58,984 nt of DNA from an uncultured Pseudomonadota bacterium (GCA_903882525.1 CAIRXI010000182.1:1-58984); one strand, 5' to 3'. Positions 28,874-40,223 are shown, counted from the stretch's first letter. Translations and numbers: made by a program. The notes: generated by a model not told the origin, from the sequence alone.

Positions 28874-29551
28874 ATGAAAACGACCGTGCGCCCAGCACTA
28901 TTACTTCCATTATTACTGCTATCCATGCTTGCGCTATTAACCTATTGGATTAATAAAACAGTCCAGCCATCTGCGCCTAAGATTGATGGTAGCAGTCGCC
29001 ATGATCCTGACTATATTATGAGTAACTTTGTGACTAAGCAAACTGACGTCAATGGTAATCTGCACTTTCAATTGGCAGCAGTTGAAATGCGCCATTTTCC
29101 AGATGACGATAGTACCTATTTGCAACGTCCTCGCTACACCCAATTTACGATAGGTAAAGCACCCACTCAAGTAGAGTCTCTGCGTGGCATAGTGTCGGCC
29201 GATGGTGAAAAAGTGGAGCTATTCGGTAATGTAAAAATCACGCGCCCAGCTTTTTCCGGTAAGAGCGAGAGCACACTTGACACTGATCATCTGACCATTT
29301 TTCCTAACAAAGACATAGTGCGTACCGAAAGCCCGGTCGTCATTCGACAGGCACCTAAGACTGTTGTTTATGGTACGGGTATGCTTTATGAAAAGAAATT
29401 AGGCACGCTAATTTTGTTTCATAAAGTACGCGCGCATTATGAAAAATCTTCGGCGAGTAAGGCAGCTTCACAGCCTAGCTCGGCTAAAGTTATCACACCC
29501 CATATTCCAACTAAAACTAACAACACGCGCACTCGGAGACGCTATGAGTAA
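28874..29551 (+). CDS. lptC: LPS export protein LptC
   Basis: Single N-terminal TM helix, RHDPDY, HFPDDD; position after kdsC. Confidence 0.9.
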   Translation: MKTTVRPALLLPLLLLSMLALLTYWINKTVQPSAPKIDGSSRHDPDYIMSNFVTKQTDVNGNLHFQLAAVEMRHFPDDDSTYLQRPRYTQFTIGKAPTQVESLRGIVSADGEKVELFGNVKITRPAFSGKSESTLDTDHLTIFPNKDIVRTESPVVIRQAPKTVVYGTGMLYEKKLGTLILFHKVRAHYEKSSASKAASQPSSAKVITPHIPTKTNNTRTRRRYE

Positions 29552-30215
29552 ATATTTAAACACAACATTGCTAAAACTAAGCGCAAGCTTATTGATCTTA
29601 GCCTTATCAGAATACTCTGGTCGCGTATACGCTGAGGCGGCTGATCGTGACAAACCTATTGATTTAGAGGCAGACTCAGTCAAAGTTGATGACGCTAAAC
29701 ATACCAGCACCTATTTCGGCAACGTGATTTTAACTAAAGGCACAATCATCATTCACGCCGATAAGCTCATCGTGCGCGAGGATCAAGAAGGTTTTCAGCA
29801 CAGCAGCTCTTTTGGTAATCCGACCACATTTAAGCAAAAACGTGAAGGCAAAAACGAATACATTGAAGGAAGCTCACAACGCATAGAATACGATGCCCGT
29901 ATGGACAAAGTGCAGCTTTACACCAAAGCCTGGGTCAAGCGCGGTGAGGATATTGTGCATGGGGACTACATCATGTATGACGCCAATGCGGAGTATGCAG
30001 AAGTCGTTGGTGGTGGCCCAAAGTCAGCAACCGCTGGCGTTCCAAGTGGTCGGGTACGTGCGATTATTCAACCCAAAAATAAACAAGCACCGGATGCCGG
30101 TGCTGATAGTACAAAAATTAACAATAATGCCAAACCTGCGCCTAACAACAATGGTGCCACGCTTAAAGATTCTCGCTCTAGCCAAAGCTTAAATGTAAGT
30201 GGCGAGGGAAAGTAA
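29544..30215 (+). CDS. lptA: LPS transport periplasmic protein LptA
   Basis: AEAADRDKPIDLEAD, GNVILTKGT, GRVRAIIQP; ATG29544 overlaps the end of lptC. Confidence 0.92.
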   Translation: MSKYLNTTLLKLSASLLILALSEYSGRVYAEAADRDKPIDLEADSVKVDDAKHTSTYFGNVILTKGTIIIHADKLIVREDQEGFQHSSSFGNPTTFKQKREGKNEYIEGSSQRIEYDARMDKVQLYTKAWVKRGEDIVHGDYIMYDANAEYAEVVGGGPKSATAGVPSGRVRAIIQPKNKQAPDAGADSTKINNNAKPAPNNNGATLKDSRSSQSLNVSGEGK

Positions 30216-30266
30216 TGACAATGTCTTGCTACTTATCAACTACAGACTAAATAAGAACCGACCATC

Positions 30267-30989
30267 ATGAGCGAACTCATTGTAGAGAATTTACGAAAGT
30301 CATATAAAGCCCGTACGGTGGTGCAAGATATTTCCTTGCGCTTAAAAAGCGGTGAGGTAGTTGGTTTGCTTGGCCCAAATGGCGCAGGCAAGACCACAAG
30401 TTTTTATATGATGGTAGGGTTGGTACCCTTGGATGCTGGCAGCATTTTTCTTGACGGCAAAGACTTAAGTCATATGCCCATTCACATGCGCGCGCGTATG
30501 GGACTATCTTACCTTCCGCAAGAGCCTTCTATCTTTCGCAAACTCACAGTTGCTGAAAATATTATGGCAGTGCTAGAGCTTCAAGACATGTCAGAAAAAG
30601 AGATGGATGAGAAGCTGGAGTCCCTTCTAGAGGAACTCCATATCACCCATATTCGTGACAATCCAGCGGTCAGTTTGTCGGGAGGTGAACGACGTCGCGT
30701 AGAAATCGCCCGTTGCCTAGCATCAGACCCCAGTTTCATTTTGCTCGATGAGCCATTTGCTGGCATAGACCCAATTGCAGTCATTGACATACAAAAAATT
30801 ATTCGTTTTTTAACTGCCCGCAATATCGGCGTTCTCATTACTGATCACAATGTGCGCGAGACTTTAGGTATTTGCGACCGCGCTTACATTGTTAATCAAG
30901 GTCATGTATTTGCGTCCGGCCTGCCTAGTGAAATTGTCAATAACGAAAGTGTACGCGAAGTGTATTTGGGGAAAAATTTCCGCCTATGA
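30267..30989 (+). CDS. lptB: LPS export ABC transporter ATPase
   Basis: [46 protein letters not shown]. Confidence 0.97.
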   Translation: MSELIVENLRKSYKARTVVQDISLRLKSGEVVGLLGPNGAGKTTSFYMMVGLVPLDAGSIFLDGKDLSHMPIHMRARMGLSYLPQEPSIFRKLTVAENIMAVLELQDMSEKEMDEKLESLLEELHITHIRDNPAVSLSGGERRRVEIARCLASDPSFILLDEPFAGIDPIAVIDIQKIIRFLTARNIGVLITDHNVRETLGICDRAYIVNQGHVFASGLPSEIVNNESVREVYLGKNFRL

Positions 30990-32518
30990 AGCAAGGGTTT
31001 CAACTTAAATTTTCACAAAACCTTTCACTTACGCCACAACTGCAACAAGCGATTCGACTATTACAGCTGTCCAGCCTAGAGCTTAATCAAGAAATTGATG
31101 TGTTAATGCAAACCAACCCATTATTGGAGCGCGATGAAACAGGCGAAGATGATTATGGTGACGCCGCAGATGAAGCAGTAAGCGCACAAACTACGCAAGA
31201 ACCTCATTCAGAATCGCTCAACGCTGAACCTTCAGAAAGTTATACTGACTCAAATCAAAGCTCAGAAAGCAACCAACAGAGCGAGGTCGCCGAATTTGAT
31301 GCCAATCCAACCAGCACAGAATATGCGACTGAATTTAACGATGAGTTTGATGAATTTTCCAATGGCAGTCGATGGGATGAGAATAGTACGCCATCTGATG
31401 ATGACAGCGACTTTAAGCAACAAGAAACACTGCCCACCAGCCTGCGCCAACATCTCCTATCCCAATTAAAATTAATGCCTTTGTCAGCGCGTGACCAGAC
31501 ATTGGCCTTATTGCTCGTGGATAGTATTAATGAAGATGGTTATTTAGAAGAGTCACTTGAGGATGTTGCAGAACAGATGCCGCCTGAGCTTGAAATAGAG
31601 GCATTAGAACTACAGACTGCATTACACCTGATTCAGCATTTAGATCCCGTTGGCGTGGGTGCACGTAACCTAAGCGAGTGCTTATTATTACAATTGGAGT
31701 TGATGCCGCCATCTACCCCTAACCTAGCATTAGCAATCAAAGTGGCCCTACATCATTTACCAGCGCTAGGCGCACGTGACTTTGCCAAATTACGCAAAGA
31801 ACTGGCTTGTGATGAAGCCACACTAAAGCTTGTGCAGCAACTAGTAACCAGCCTCAATCCGAGGCCTGGAAGTGCTTATAGTCTAATAGGTTCAGAACAC
31901 TATATTCAACATGAAGTCATCATCAAAAAAGTAAAGGGCGTTTGGCTAGCAAGCTTGAATGATGGCGTGATTCCAAAACTGAAAATCAATCAACTGTACG
32001 CCAATATTTTAAAGCGGAATCGCGATAGCTCCAGTCAATACCTACAAAGTCAAATGCAAGAAGCGAAGTGGATGATTAAAAATATTCAGCAACGTTTTTC
32101 GACCATATTGCGCGTATCACAGGCGATTGTTGATCGCCAACGTAATTTTTTGGAATATGGGGAGGTCGCTATGCGGCCGCTAGTATTACGTGAAATTGCC
32201 GATGAGTTAGGACTGCACGAGTCAACCATCTCTCGTGTCACTACCAATAAATATATGCTCACCCCACGTGGGATTTTTGAACTCAAATACTTCTTCGGCA
32301 GCTCGGTTTCGACCGACAGTGGTGGCACTTGTTCGGCGACCGCGATTCGCGCTTTAATTAAACAGTTGGTCGATCAAGAAAACCAAAAGAAACCCTATTC
32401 GGACAATCAGATTACTGAGCTATTAGCCAAACAAGGTATTGTGGTAGCTCGGCGCACCATTGCCAAATATCGAGAATCGCTAAATATTCCACCGGCTAGC
32501 CTTAGAAAAACGCTATAA
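30986..32518 (+). CDS. rpoN: RNA polymerase sigma-54 factor
   Basis: [22 protein letters not shown], RpoN box ARRTIAKYR. Confidence 0.98.
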   Translation: MKQGFQLKFSQNLSLTPQLQQAIRLLQLSSLELNQEIDVLMQTNPLLERDETGEDDYGDAADEAVSAQTTQEPHSESLNAEPSESYTDSNQSSESNQQSEVAEFDANPTSTEYATEFNDEFDEFSNGSRWDENSTPSDDDSDFKQQETLPTSLRQHLLSQLKLMPLSARDQTLALLLVDSINEDGYLEESLEDVAEQMPPELEIEALELQTALHLIQHLDPVGVGARNLSECLLLQLELMPPSTPNLALAIKVALHHLPALGARDFAKLRKELACDEATLKLVQQLVTSLNPRPGSAYSLIGSEHYIQHEVIIKKVKGVWLASLNDGVIPKLKINQLYANILKRNRDSSSQYLQSQMQEAKWMIKNIQQRFSTILRVSQAIVDRQRNFLEYGEVAMRPLVLREIADELGLHESTISRVTTNKYMLTPRGIFELKYFFGSSVSTDSGGTCSATAIRALIKQLVDQENQKKPYSDNQITELLAKQGIVVARRTIAKYRESLNIPPASLRKTL

Positions 32519-32725
32519 ACCCAATCTAAAATGGCATAGAAAATTCTCATCACAAAAAATAGTAATTCGCACTAGCACAGACGCCAATTAAAGTAGTAAA
32601 CTGAAATTGTTCGACGAGTTTTGAAGTACAAAAATTTTAATGTATGCAAGATTTTGCTGCAAGTAGCTCCAAACTGAAAATTTGATGTTTTCAGAACTTG
32701 AAGGATATTTTAAAAGGAGCGAGTC

Positions 32726-33055
32726 ATGAATTTACAATTAACTGGTCTGCATTTAGAAGTAACCCCTGCATTACGCGATTATGTCACAAGCAAATTAACC
32801 CGAATTAGCAACCACTTTGATCATGTCATCGACGTCAAAGTCACATTGAGTGTTGAGAAACTCGCCCAAAAAGTAGAGGCCACACTGCATGTTCCCGGTA
32901 ACGATCTTCACGCTGCTTGCACTGATGAAAACATGTACAGCGCAATTGATATGTTGACCGACAAATTGGATCGCCAAGTGTTAAAACACAAAGAAAAAAA
33001 TAGCGATCACCATAAATCCAATGGCGCAGTTAAGCACCAAGTTGTTGAAGAATAA
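32726..33055 (+). CDS. hpf: Ribosome hibernation promoting factor (HPF/RaiA)
   Basis: LEVTPALRDYV, MYSAID..DKLDRQ..KHKEK; follows rpoN. Confidence 0.94.
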   Translation: MNLQLTGLHLEVTPALRDYVTSKLTRISNHFDHVIDVKVTLSVEKLAQKVEATLHVPGNDLHAACTDENMYSAIDMLTDKLDRQVLKHKEKNSDHHKSNGAVKHQVVEE

Positions 33056-33075
33056 ATATTCTTATATAAACACTT

Positions 33076-34026
33076 ATGGCTCAAATTAATGTAGCTGAGC
33101 TATTCAAACAAACCCGCCGCAAGCTCAAACTGAACTGGGTAGCTGGAGTAAACGGCGGGTCCAAAACCCTTACTAGTGTTACTGTTTCAAAACCCTCTCT
33201 GGCACTTATTGGCCATCTTAATTTTGTTCACCCCAATCGTGTGCAGGTACTCGGTTGCGCTGAAATGGACTACTTGAGAAGCCTGCCGGCCGAAGAGGCG
33301 GCACAGTCTATAGAAAACTTATACTCCACCGACTTGGCAGCAGTCATCGTAGCTAATGGTGAAAAAGTTCCAGATACTCTAATCGCCGCTGCTGACAAGC
33401 ATCTAACTCCATTATTTACTTCACCATTGCGTAGCCCAGAATTAATGGATATTTTGAGCCATTTTCTAGCGCAAGCAGTGGCGGATTCCGTCAGTCTGCA
33501 TGGGGTGTTTATGGAAGTGCAAGGCTTTGGTGCCTTAATTAAGGGCGATGCCGCAATCGGTAAGAGCGAACTGGCATTAGAGCTTATTTCGCGCGGTCAC
33601 CGCCTGATTGCTGACGATATCGTCGATTTTTTTCGAATTTCTCCCGAGCGCATTGAAGGTCGATGCCCTCCATTATTACAAGACTTTTTAGAAGTGCGTG
33701 GATTAGGTATTTTAAATATACGCGCTCTATTTGGCGACAATTCAGTGAAGCCGACCAAGCCATTAGATCTAATTATTCAATTGGAAATGGCTGACAAACA
33801 AGCGCCTCAACTTTTAGATAGGCTGAGTATTAAAACCCAAAATGAAGAGGTGCTTGGCGTTAAGGTACCCAAAGTACGTATTCCTATCGCTGCTGGGCGT
33901 AATATTGCAGTCCTCGTAGAGGTTGCGATACGTAACCACATGCTACTATTACGCGGGATCAATGCAACAAAACAGTTCACTCAGCGCCAACAGCGCGAGA
34001 TGAAAAAATCAAAATTAAATAATTAA
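33076..34026 (+). CDS. hprK: HPr kinase/phosphorylase
   Basis: HPNRVQVLG, LHGV, GKSELALELISRGHRLIADD, LEVRGLGI, AAGRN. Confidence 0.95.
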   Translation: MAQINVAELFKQTRRKLKLNWVAGVNGGSKTLTSVTVSKPSLALIGHLNFVHPNRVQVLGCAEMDYLRSLPAEEAAQSIENLYSTDLAAVIVANGEKVPDTLIAAADKHLTPLFTSPLRSPELMDILSHFLAQAVADSVSLHGVFMEVQGFGALIKGDAAIGKSELALELISRGHRLIADDIVDFFRISPERIEGRCPPLLQDFLEVRGLGILNIRALFGDNSVKPTKPLDLIIQLEMADKQAPQLLDRLSIKTQNEEVLGVKVPKVRIPIAAGRNIAVLVEVAIRNHMLLLRGINATKQFTQRQQREMKKSKLNN

Positions 34027-34070
34027 TGTAGATTCATGCCTGTATGAATTCAGTAGATTTCTAAATCACT

Positions 34071-34937
34071 ATGAAGCAACTCATTATCGTCACCGGATTA
34101 TCCGGATCAGGCAAAAGCATCGCACTGCGGGCGCTGGAAGACAGTGGCTATTATTGCATAGACAATTTACCGGCGACCATGCTGCCCAGTATCGCCGAGC
34201 ATCTTCAGTCTACTAAGCAAACCTCCACTGAATTTAATGCTGCTAAGCACGACCGTGTGGCTATTAGCATAGATAGCCGAAGCGCTGCAATTGAAACGCT
34301 GCCTGCTCATATTGAACAACTCAAGGCGCAGAACATCAGTACTCAAGTATTGTTTCTAGAGTCAAATATTGAAACCTTAGTCAAAAGATTCAGCGAAACT
34401 CGACGTAAGCATCCCTTAAGTAGAGATACGACTACACTGGCCGAAAGTATCGCCTTCGAGCGCGAATTACTTGGCGATTTAGGCCAATTAGGTCATGTAA
34501 TCGACACTAGCAATCTGAGTGCTAACACCTTGCGCGGCTGGGTTAAGGATATCGTTGCTACCGAACATAAGGGCTTGACGCTTTTATTTACCTCGTTTGG
34601 TTTTAAGCATGGCATTCCGCTAGATGCGGATTTTGTGTTTGATGTGCGCTGTCTGCCAAATCCACATTACGATCCGCAATTACGCGACCTCACTGGCCAC
34701 GATGCTTTAGTACAAGAATTTTTAAATAAACAAAACGATGTGCATGAAATGCTACAAGATATACGCCTGTACATTGAAAAATGGCTACCTCATTTTGTCA
34801 CGGATAACCGCAGCTATTTAACCGTTGCTATAGGCTGCACAGGCGGTCAGCATCGCTCTGTGTTCTTTGTAGAACAATTAAGTCAATATTTTATGCCGCA
34901 CCAAAAAGTGCTGTCACGGCATCGAGAGTTGAATTAA
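34071..34937 (+). CDS. rapZ: RNase adapter RapZ (YhbJ)
   Basis: TGLSGSGKS, RFSETRRKHPL, SFGFKHG, DVRCLPNP, GCTGGQHRS. Confidence 0.96.
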   Translation: MKQLIIVTGLSGSGKSIALRALEDSGYYCIDNLPATMLPSIAEHLQSTKQTSTEFNAAKHDRVAISIDSRSAAIETLPAHIEQLKAQNISTQVLFLESNIETLVKRFSETRRKHPLSRDTTTLAESIAFERELLGDLGQLGHVIDTSNLSANTLRGWVKDIVATEHKGLTLLFTSFGFKHGIPLDADFVFDVRCLPNPHYDPQLRDLTGHDALVQEFLNKQNDVHEMLQDIRLYIEKWLPHFVTDNRSYLTVAIGCTGGQHRSVFFVEQLSQYFMPHQKVLSRHRELN

Positions 34938-35018
34938 GTAGACATATATAGCTTTAACTTCAATAGTCGCTAAAATAGCTACCTCGGCAGGATCTACACT
35001 TTTAAAGTTGAGAGAAAA

Positions 35019-35426
35019 ATGATCGGTATTTTAATTATCGCGCACGGCAGTCTGGGAGACAGTCTACTTGAATGCGCTCGCCATGTGGTGGGTAAAGCAC
35101 CACAACAAGTCGCTTGCCTAGCTGTCAGTAGTGACGATGACCCTACAAAGACGTTGCCGAATGCATTAGCCTTAGTTGCAGAACTTAATAGCGGTGATGG
35201 TGTATTAGTGCTTTCTGATATGTATGGTGCAACTCCATGCAATATTGTTGGAAAGTTATTGCAACCAGGTGTAGTAGAAGGCGTCGCCGGCATCAACTTA
35301 CCTATGCTTATCCGCACAATAACCTATCAACATGAATCGCTGCAGACCTTGATTGAAAAGGCAGTTAGCGGTGGGCGAGAAGGGGTAGTGCACTTCACCC
35401 GTGAAAGCTGCGAACGCTATGACTGA
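35019..35426 (+). CDS. PTS EIIA component, mannose/fructose type
   Basis: IIAHG phospho-His motif, SDMYGATPCN, GINLPML. Confidence 0.92.
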   Translation: MIGILIIAHGSLGDSLLECARHVVGKAPQQVACLAVSSDDDPTKTLPNALALVAELNSGDGVLVLSDMYGATPCNIVGKLLQPGVVEGVAGINLPMLIRTITYQHESLQTLIEKAVSGGREGVVHFTRESCERYD

Positions 35427-35474
35427 ATTTGATGCTAATTACAACGTAGCTAAAATAGCTGGTGAAAAAATAAT

Positions 35475-35744
35475 ATGATCAGCACCCAGTTAGAAATTAT
35501 CAATAAATTAGGCTTGCACGCGCGCGCCTCCACCAAGCTTACCCAAACTGCCAGTCGGTTTAAAAGTGAAATTTGGGTTGAGAGGAATGGTCGTCGCGTT
35601 AATGCAAAAAGTATTATGGGCGTCATGATGCTTGCAGCAGCTAAAGGTTCAATCGTAACTCTAGAAGCCAACGGTGAAGATGAAGCGCTGGCCATAGAAG
35701 CCTTATGTGCTCTGATTAATGACTATTTTGGTGAGGGCGAATAA
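35475..35744 (+). CDS. ptsH: Phosphocarrier protein HPr
   Basis: NKLGLHARAS (His15), NAKSIMG (Ser46). Confidence 0.94.
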   Translation: MISTQLEIINKLGLHARASTKLTQTASRFKSEIWVERNGRRVNAKSIMGVMMLAAAKGSIVTLEANGEDEALAIEALCALINDYFGEGE

Positions 35745-35775
35745 AGCCATATGCCCATCATGGACACAATGAATA

Positions 35776-37524
35776 ATGACTAGCTTTAGCATACATGGGG
35801 TTGGGGTATCTAGTGGCATCGCTATTGGGCAGGCGCATCTCGTTTCTAATGCTTTATTGGAGGTGGTGCACTATCAGCTTCCTAAACATTTAATTGATGA
35901 TGAAATTAAGCGTTTTAACAACGCGATCGCTGCAGTTAAGCAAGATTTAGAGCAAATTAAGCTAAGTTTACGTAGTAATGCCCCCGCTGAATTGGGTGCA
36001 TTTATAGGCACGCATTTAATGATGTTGGCTGACCGCTCTTTATCTGAAATCCCTAAAGACATCATTCGCAACGAACAATGCAATGCCGAATGGGCAATTA
36101 AATTGCAGATGGACGACATTGTTGAACAGTTTGAGCAGATTGAAGATGAGTATCTGCGTGAGCGTAAACAAGACGTTATTCAAGTGGTTGAGCGTGTACT
36201 GAAGGTGCTGTTGGGTCATGCTAGCCAACTAAGTAACAAACAGCAAAACAGCGTAATTAATACTGAGCGTAAACTTATATTAGTAGCGCACGACATCTCA
36301 CCAGCCGATGCCATTCAGTTTAAACAACACCAATTTGCTGCCTTTATTACCGATGTCGGTGGGGTAACCTCGCATACCGCAATTCTGGCACGTAGCTTGA
36401 ATATTCCTTCTATTGTTGCCTTGCAACGTGCACGCGATTTAATCAATGACGGTGAACTGATTATCGTTGACGGTAGCTTAGGGGTGGTCATTGTTAGTCC
36501 ATCCAAAGAAATACTTGCGGAATATAAGCTTCGTCAAGAGCAATGGGAACTTGAACAGCAAAAATTACAGCGCATCAAATCCACCAAAGCGGTGACGATG
36601 GATGGCATCCATATTGAACTATTTGCCAACATTGAAGTGCCTGAAGACGTTACTGCAGCAAGATCCTCTGGCGCCACTGGCATAGGTCTCTACCGGACTG
36701 AATTCTTGTTTATGAATCGCCGCGATATGCCGGATGAGGAAGAGCAATTTGTCGCGTATAAATCTGTGGCCGAGGCAATGAAAGGTGCAGTAGTCATTAT
36801 TCGCACCCTGGATTTAGGCGCAGATAAACAAATGAATCCTGACACCGTCAGCAATTGTGCCAATCCTGCATTGGGATTGCGTGCGATTCGCTTATGCTTA
36901 TCTGAACCGAAAATTTTTCACACACAATTGCGCGCGCTATTACGCGCCTCCCACTTTGGTAATATCAAAATATTAATCCCAATGCTGTCGACACTAGGCG
37001 AACTGCGTCAAACTAAGTTATTGCTGGAACGAGCCAAACAAAGTTTGCGTAAACAGGGCATCGCTTTTAATGAAACCATCGCTCTCGGCGGCATGATTGA
37101 AGTTCCTGCTGCCGCGATTAATGCAGAAGCCTTTGCCAAAGAATTGGACTTTTTATCTATAGGGACTAATGATTTAATTCAATATACCTTAGCAATAGAT
37201 CGCACCGATGATGCGGTAGCCCACCTATACAATCCATTACATCCATCAGTTTTGAAACTGCTTTCCATGACCATTAAGGCCGCCGAAAAATTAGGGAAAT
37301 CGGTTTCAGTTTGTGGCGAAATGGCTGGCGATGCAAAATTTACCAAGTTGTTAATTGGCATGGGGTTGCGCCAACTATCGATGCACCCTTCCCATGTGTT
37401 AAATGTAAAACAACAGATCCTACACAGCCAATTAAGCCTTCTGAACAGTAATGCACGAAAAATACTGGCCCTTACCGACCTCGACAAAATAGAGCCTATG
37501 GTCACCAAATTTAATCAGCATTAA
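35776..37524 (+). CDS. ptsI: PEP-protein phosphotransferase (Enzyme I)
   Basis: GGVTSHTAILAR, GLYRTEF, RTLDLGADK, SIGTNDLIQY, VCGEMAGD; no N-terminal GAF. Confidence 0.95.
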   Translation: MTSFSIHGVGVSSGIAIGQAHLVSNALLEVVHYQLPKHLIDDEIKRFNNAIAAVKQDLEQIKLSLRSNAPAELGAFIGTHLMMLADRSLSEIPKDIIRNEQCNAEWAIKLQMDDIVEQFEQIEDEYLRERKQDVIQVVERVLKVLLGHASQLSNKQQNSVINTERKLILVAHDISPADAIQFKQHQFAAFITDVGGVTSHTAILARSLNIPSIVALQRARDLINDGELIIVDGSLGVVIVSPSKEILAEYKLRQEQWELEQQKLQRIKSTKAVTMDGIHIELFANIEVPEDVTAARSSGATGIGLYRTEFLFMNRRDMPDEEEQFVAYKSVAEAMKGAVVIIRTLDLGADKQMNPDTVSNCANPALGLRAIRLCLSEPKIFHTQLRALLRASHFGNIKILIPMLSTLGELRQTKLLLERAKQSLRKQGIAFNETIALGGMIEVPAAAINAEAFAKELDFLSIGTNDLIQYTLAIDRTDDAVAHLYNPLHPSVLKLLSMTIKAAEKLGKSVSVCGEMAGDAKFTKLLIGMGLRQLSMHPSHVLNVKQQILHSQLSLLNSNARKILALTDLDKIEPMVTKFNQH

Positions 37525-37543
37525 CTCACTAAAAGGAACCGCC

Positions 37544-37900
37544 ATGTCTTACGATGGAACTTCAACTAGCGATACTAATCCTACCAATGATGATAAAAAT
37601 ATAGCTACGGTCACACATCTTGGCGGCATACTGTTTTCATGCATTCCGGCTTTAGTCGTGTGGTTGCTCAAAAAAGATGACAGCGCCTTCATTGCAGCGC
37701 AGGCAAAAGAAGCGCTTAACTTTCAAATCACCATACTCATCGCACAATTGGCCGCATGGATTCTGCTATGGCTACTAATTGGATTTTTGCTTATGCCTAT
37801 TATCTGGGTACTGAACATTGTTTTATGCGTAGTCGCCGCCATCTCTTCTAGTAAAGGCCAAGCTTATCGCTACCCATTTAGTTTACGTTTAATCAATTAA
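37544..37900 (+). CDS. DUF4870 family membrane protein
   Basis: QAKEALNFQIT and YRYPFSLRLI motifs. Confidence 0.88.
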   Translation: MSYDGTSTSDTNPTNDDKNIATVTHLGGILFSCIPALVVWLLKKDDSAFIAAQAKEALNFQITILIAQLAAWILLWLLIGFLLMPIIWVLNIVLCVVAAISSSKGQAYRYPFSLRLIN

Positions 37901-37950
37901 TTGTAGGCCAGCCTTAGGCTAGCTCAAGAAATAATAAAGGATCACCTGCA

Positions 37951-40005
37951 TTGACTACCCATTTATTACAAGATAACCCACTATTGCACTTCACAGGTTT
38001 ACCCAAGTTTGATCAAGTGAAAGCTGAGCATGTATCCCCAGCCATCGACCATTTACTTAACGAAGCTAGAGCAACGGTAGAAACTCTAAGCCAAGACACT
38101 TCTGGCAACGTCACTTGGGGAAACTTCGCTGCCAAGCTGGAAGATATGGAAGAAAAAATCGCGCGCGCTTGGTCTCAGGTTGGCCATATGAATGCGGTGG
38201 TGAACAGCCCAGAATTAAGGGCTGCCTATAATGACAACTTATCTAAACTGACTGATTTCTATGCCGATTTAGGACAGGATGAGCGCCTATATGCTAAGTT
38301 TCGTAGCTTACGTGCCAGCCCTGAATTTGATGCACTTCCACCTACGCAGAAAAAGATTGTAGAAAATGAGCTGCGTGATTTTCGCTTAGGTGGGGCAGAG
38401 TTACCCGCTGCTAAAAAAATCCGTTTTAAAGAAATTCAAGAACAGCTCTCTAAGCTGTCAGCCAAGTTTGAAGAAAATGTACTTGATAACACCAATGACT
38501 ATTCGCTCTATGTAGAAGATTCAGACACCCTAGGTGGCATTCCGGAAGATGTTTTGCAAACTGCACAAGAAGCCGCGGTGGCAGAGCATAAAAGCGGATG
38601 GAAATTTACATTGCATTCTCCATCTTACTTTCCAGTATTGCAGTATGGTCAAAACCGCGAATTACGCGAAATACTTTACCGTGCCTACGCTACTCGCGCC
38701 TCAGAATTTGGTAAACCTGAATGGGATAACACGCCTCTCATTAAAGATATTCTAAAGCTACGTCTAGAAGCTGCAAACTTACTTGGTTTTGCAAACTATG
38801 CAGAATTGTCACTCGCCACCAAAATGGCAGAATCACCGCAACATGTAAGTGATTTTTTGCAAGATTTGGCGGTAAAAGCCAAACCTTATGCGCTTAAAGA
38901 TAAAGCTGAGCTAGAGCAATATGCGGCCAAATTGGGTATCACTGATATGCAGGCTTGGGACGTAGCCTATGTGTCAGAAAAATTACGCGAAGATAAGTAT
39001 GCTTTCTCAGATCTTGAAATAAAGCAGTACTTCCCTGAAGCGAAAGTACTAGCAGGTTTATTTAAAGTAGTAGAGTCTATCTTTGGCATACAGGTGAGTC
39101 CGTCAAAAGCCTCACTATGGCATGACACGGCAAGTTTTTATGATATTAAGGACCATAACAACCATCTGATTGGCCAGTTCTACTTAGACCTATATGCGCG
39201 TAATAATAAGCGTGGTGGCGCGTGGATGGATGAAGCGATCACTCGTCGTAAAGTTGGCAGCGAAATCACTACACCAGTCGCCTTTTTAACTTGCAACTTC
39301 TCAGCACCCGTAGGTGATAAACCAGCATTATTTACCCATGATGAAGTATTGACCATGTTCCATGAGTTTGGTCATGGCTTGCATCACATGCTGACACAAG
39401 TCAATGATTACAGCGTTTCCGGAATCAAGGGAGTGGAGTGGGATGCAGTTGAACTACCTAGTCAATTTATGGAAAACTTCTGTTGGGAGTGGGATGTATT
39501 GCGCCATATGACCGCCCATGTAGATACCGGAGCACAATTACCACGTGCTCTGTTTGACAAAATGGTCTCAGCTAAGAACTTTCAGGCCGGTATGCAAACT
39601 ATGCGCCAAATTGAATTCTCATTATTCGACATACGCTTACATAGTGAGTTTGATCCCGATGCCAACCAAAGCTCCTTGGATTTAATTGAAGCAGTGCGTG
39701 ATGAAGTGGCTGTAGTCCGCCCGCCGAAATGGAATCGATTCCCGAATAATTTTACTCATATATTCGCAGGCGGTTACGCGGCTGGTTACTATAGCTATAA
39801 ATGGGCGGAAGTTTTATCCGCTGATGCTTATAGCATGTTTGAAGAAGATGGTGTGCTCTCTAGAGAAACCGGTCAACGCTATTGGCAGGAAATTTTGGCC
39901 CGTGGTGGATCACGATCAGCGCTAGAATCTTTTACTGCATTTCGCGGACGTGAACCTAACATTGACGCATTGCTGCGCCATAGCGGTATGAGCTTAACTC
40001 AATAG
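37951..40005 (+). CDS. prlC: Oligopeptidase A (M3 family)
   Basis: NPLL start, KRGGAWM, FHEFGHGLH, WDAVELPSQ, HIFAGGYAAGYYSYKWAE. Confidence 0.95.
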   Translation: MTTHLLQDNPLLHFTGLPKFDQVKAEHVSPAIDHLLNEARATVETLSQDTSGNVTWGNFAAKLEDMEEKIARAWSQVGHMNAVVNSPELRAAYNDNLSKLTDFYADLGQDERLYAKFRSLRASPEFDALPPTQKKIVENELRDFRLGGAELPAAKKIRFKEIQEQLSKLSAKFEENVLDNTNDYSLYVEDSDTLGGIPEDVLQTAQEAAVAEHKSGWKFTLHSPSYFPVLQYGQNRELREILYRAYATRASEFGKPEWDNTPLIKDILKLRLEAANLLGFANYAELSLATKMAESPQHVSDFLQDLAVKAKPYALKDKAELEQYAAKLGITDMQAWDVAYVSEKLREDKYAFSDLEIKQYFPEAKVLAGLFKVVESIFGIQVSPSKASLWHDTASFYDIKDHNNHLIGQFYLDLYARNNKRGGAWMDEAITRRKVGSEITTPVAFLTCNFSAPVGDKPALFTHDEVLTMFHEFGHGLHHMLTQVNDYSVSGIKGVEWDAVELPSQFMENFCWEWDVLRHMTAHVDTGAQLPRALFDKMVSAKNFQAGMQTMRQIEFSLFDIRLHSEFDPDANQSSLDLIEAVRDEVAVVRPPKWNRFPNNFTHIFAGGYAAGYYSYKWAEVLSADAYSMFEEDGVLSRETGQRYWQEILARGGSRSALESFTAFRGREPNIDALLRHSGMSLTQ

Positions 40006-40016
40006 AAAAGACCCTC

Positions 40017-40223
40017 ATGAAAAAAATACTTAAAACCTTAGCTAACATTCTCACCGGTTTTACCACGCTATTAATGATAATTGGGCTTGGTTATAACTTG
40101 GTAAATAATCTACCCATCAGCGATTTATTTGCAGAAGTGTCTTTCTGTTATGTAACAATCGCTGCATTCAACTTTCTGATGCTCGGTGAAGCCACGCTTT
40201 GGCATAAACGCACTGACCTTTAG
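40017..40223 (+). CDS. Small hypothetical two-TM membrane protein
   Basis: 68-aa ORF filling the prlC-xthA gap (11 and 18 bp spacers), with two hydrophobic segments. Confidence 0.65.
   Translation: MKKILKTLANILTGFTTLLMIIGLGYNLVNNLPISDLFAEVSFCYVTIAAFNFLMLGEATLWHKRTDL

Noticed and set aside
32532-32547. Possible sigma54 promoter upstream of hpf (TGGCATAGAAAATTCT)
   Set aside because: The -24 element is good but the invariant -12 GC is TC, so it is not supportable as functional.
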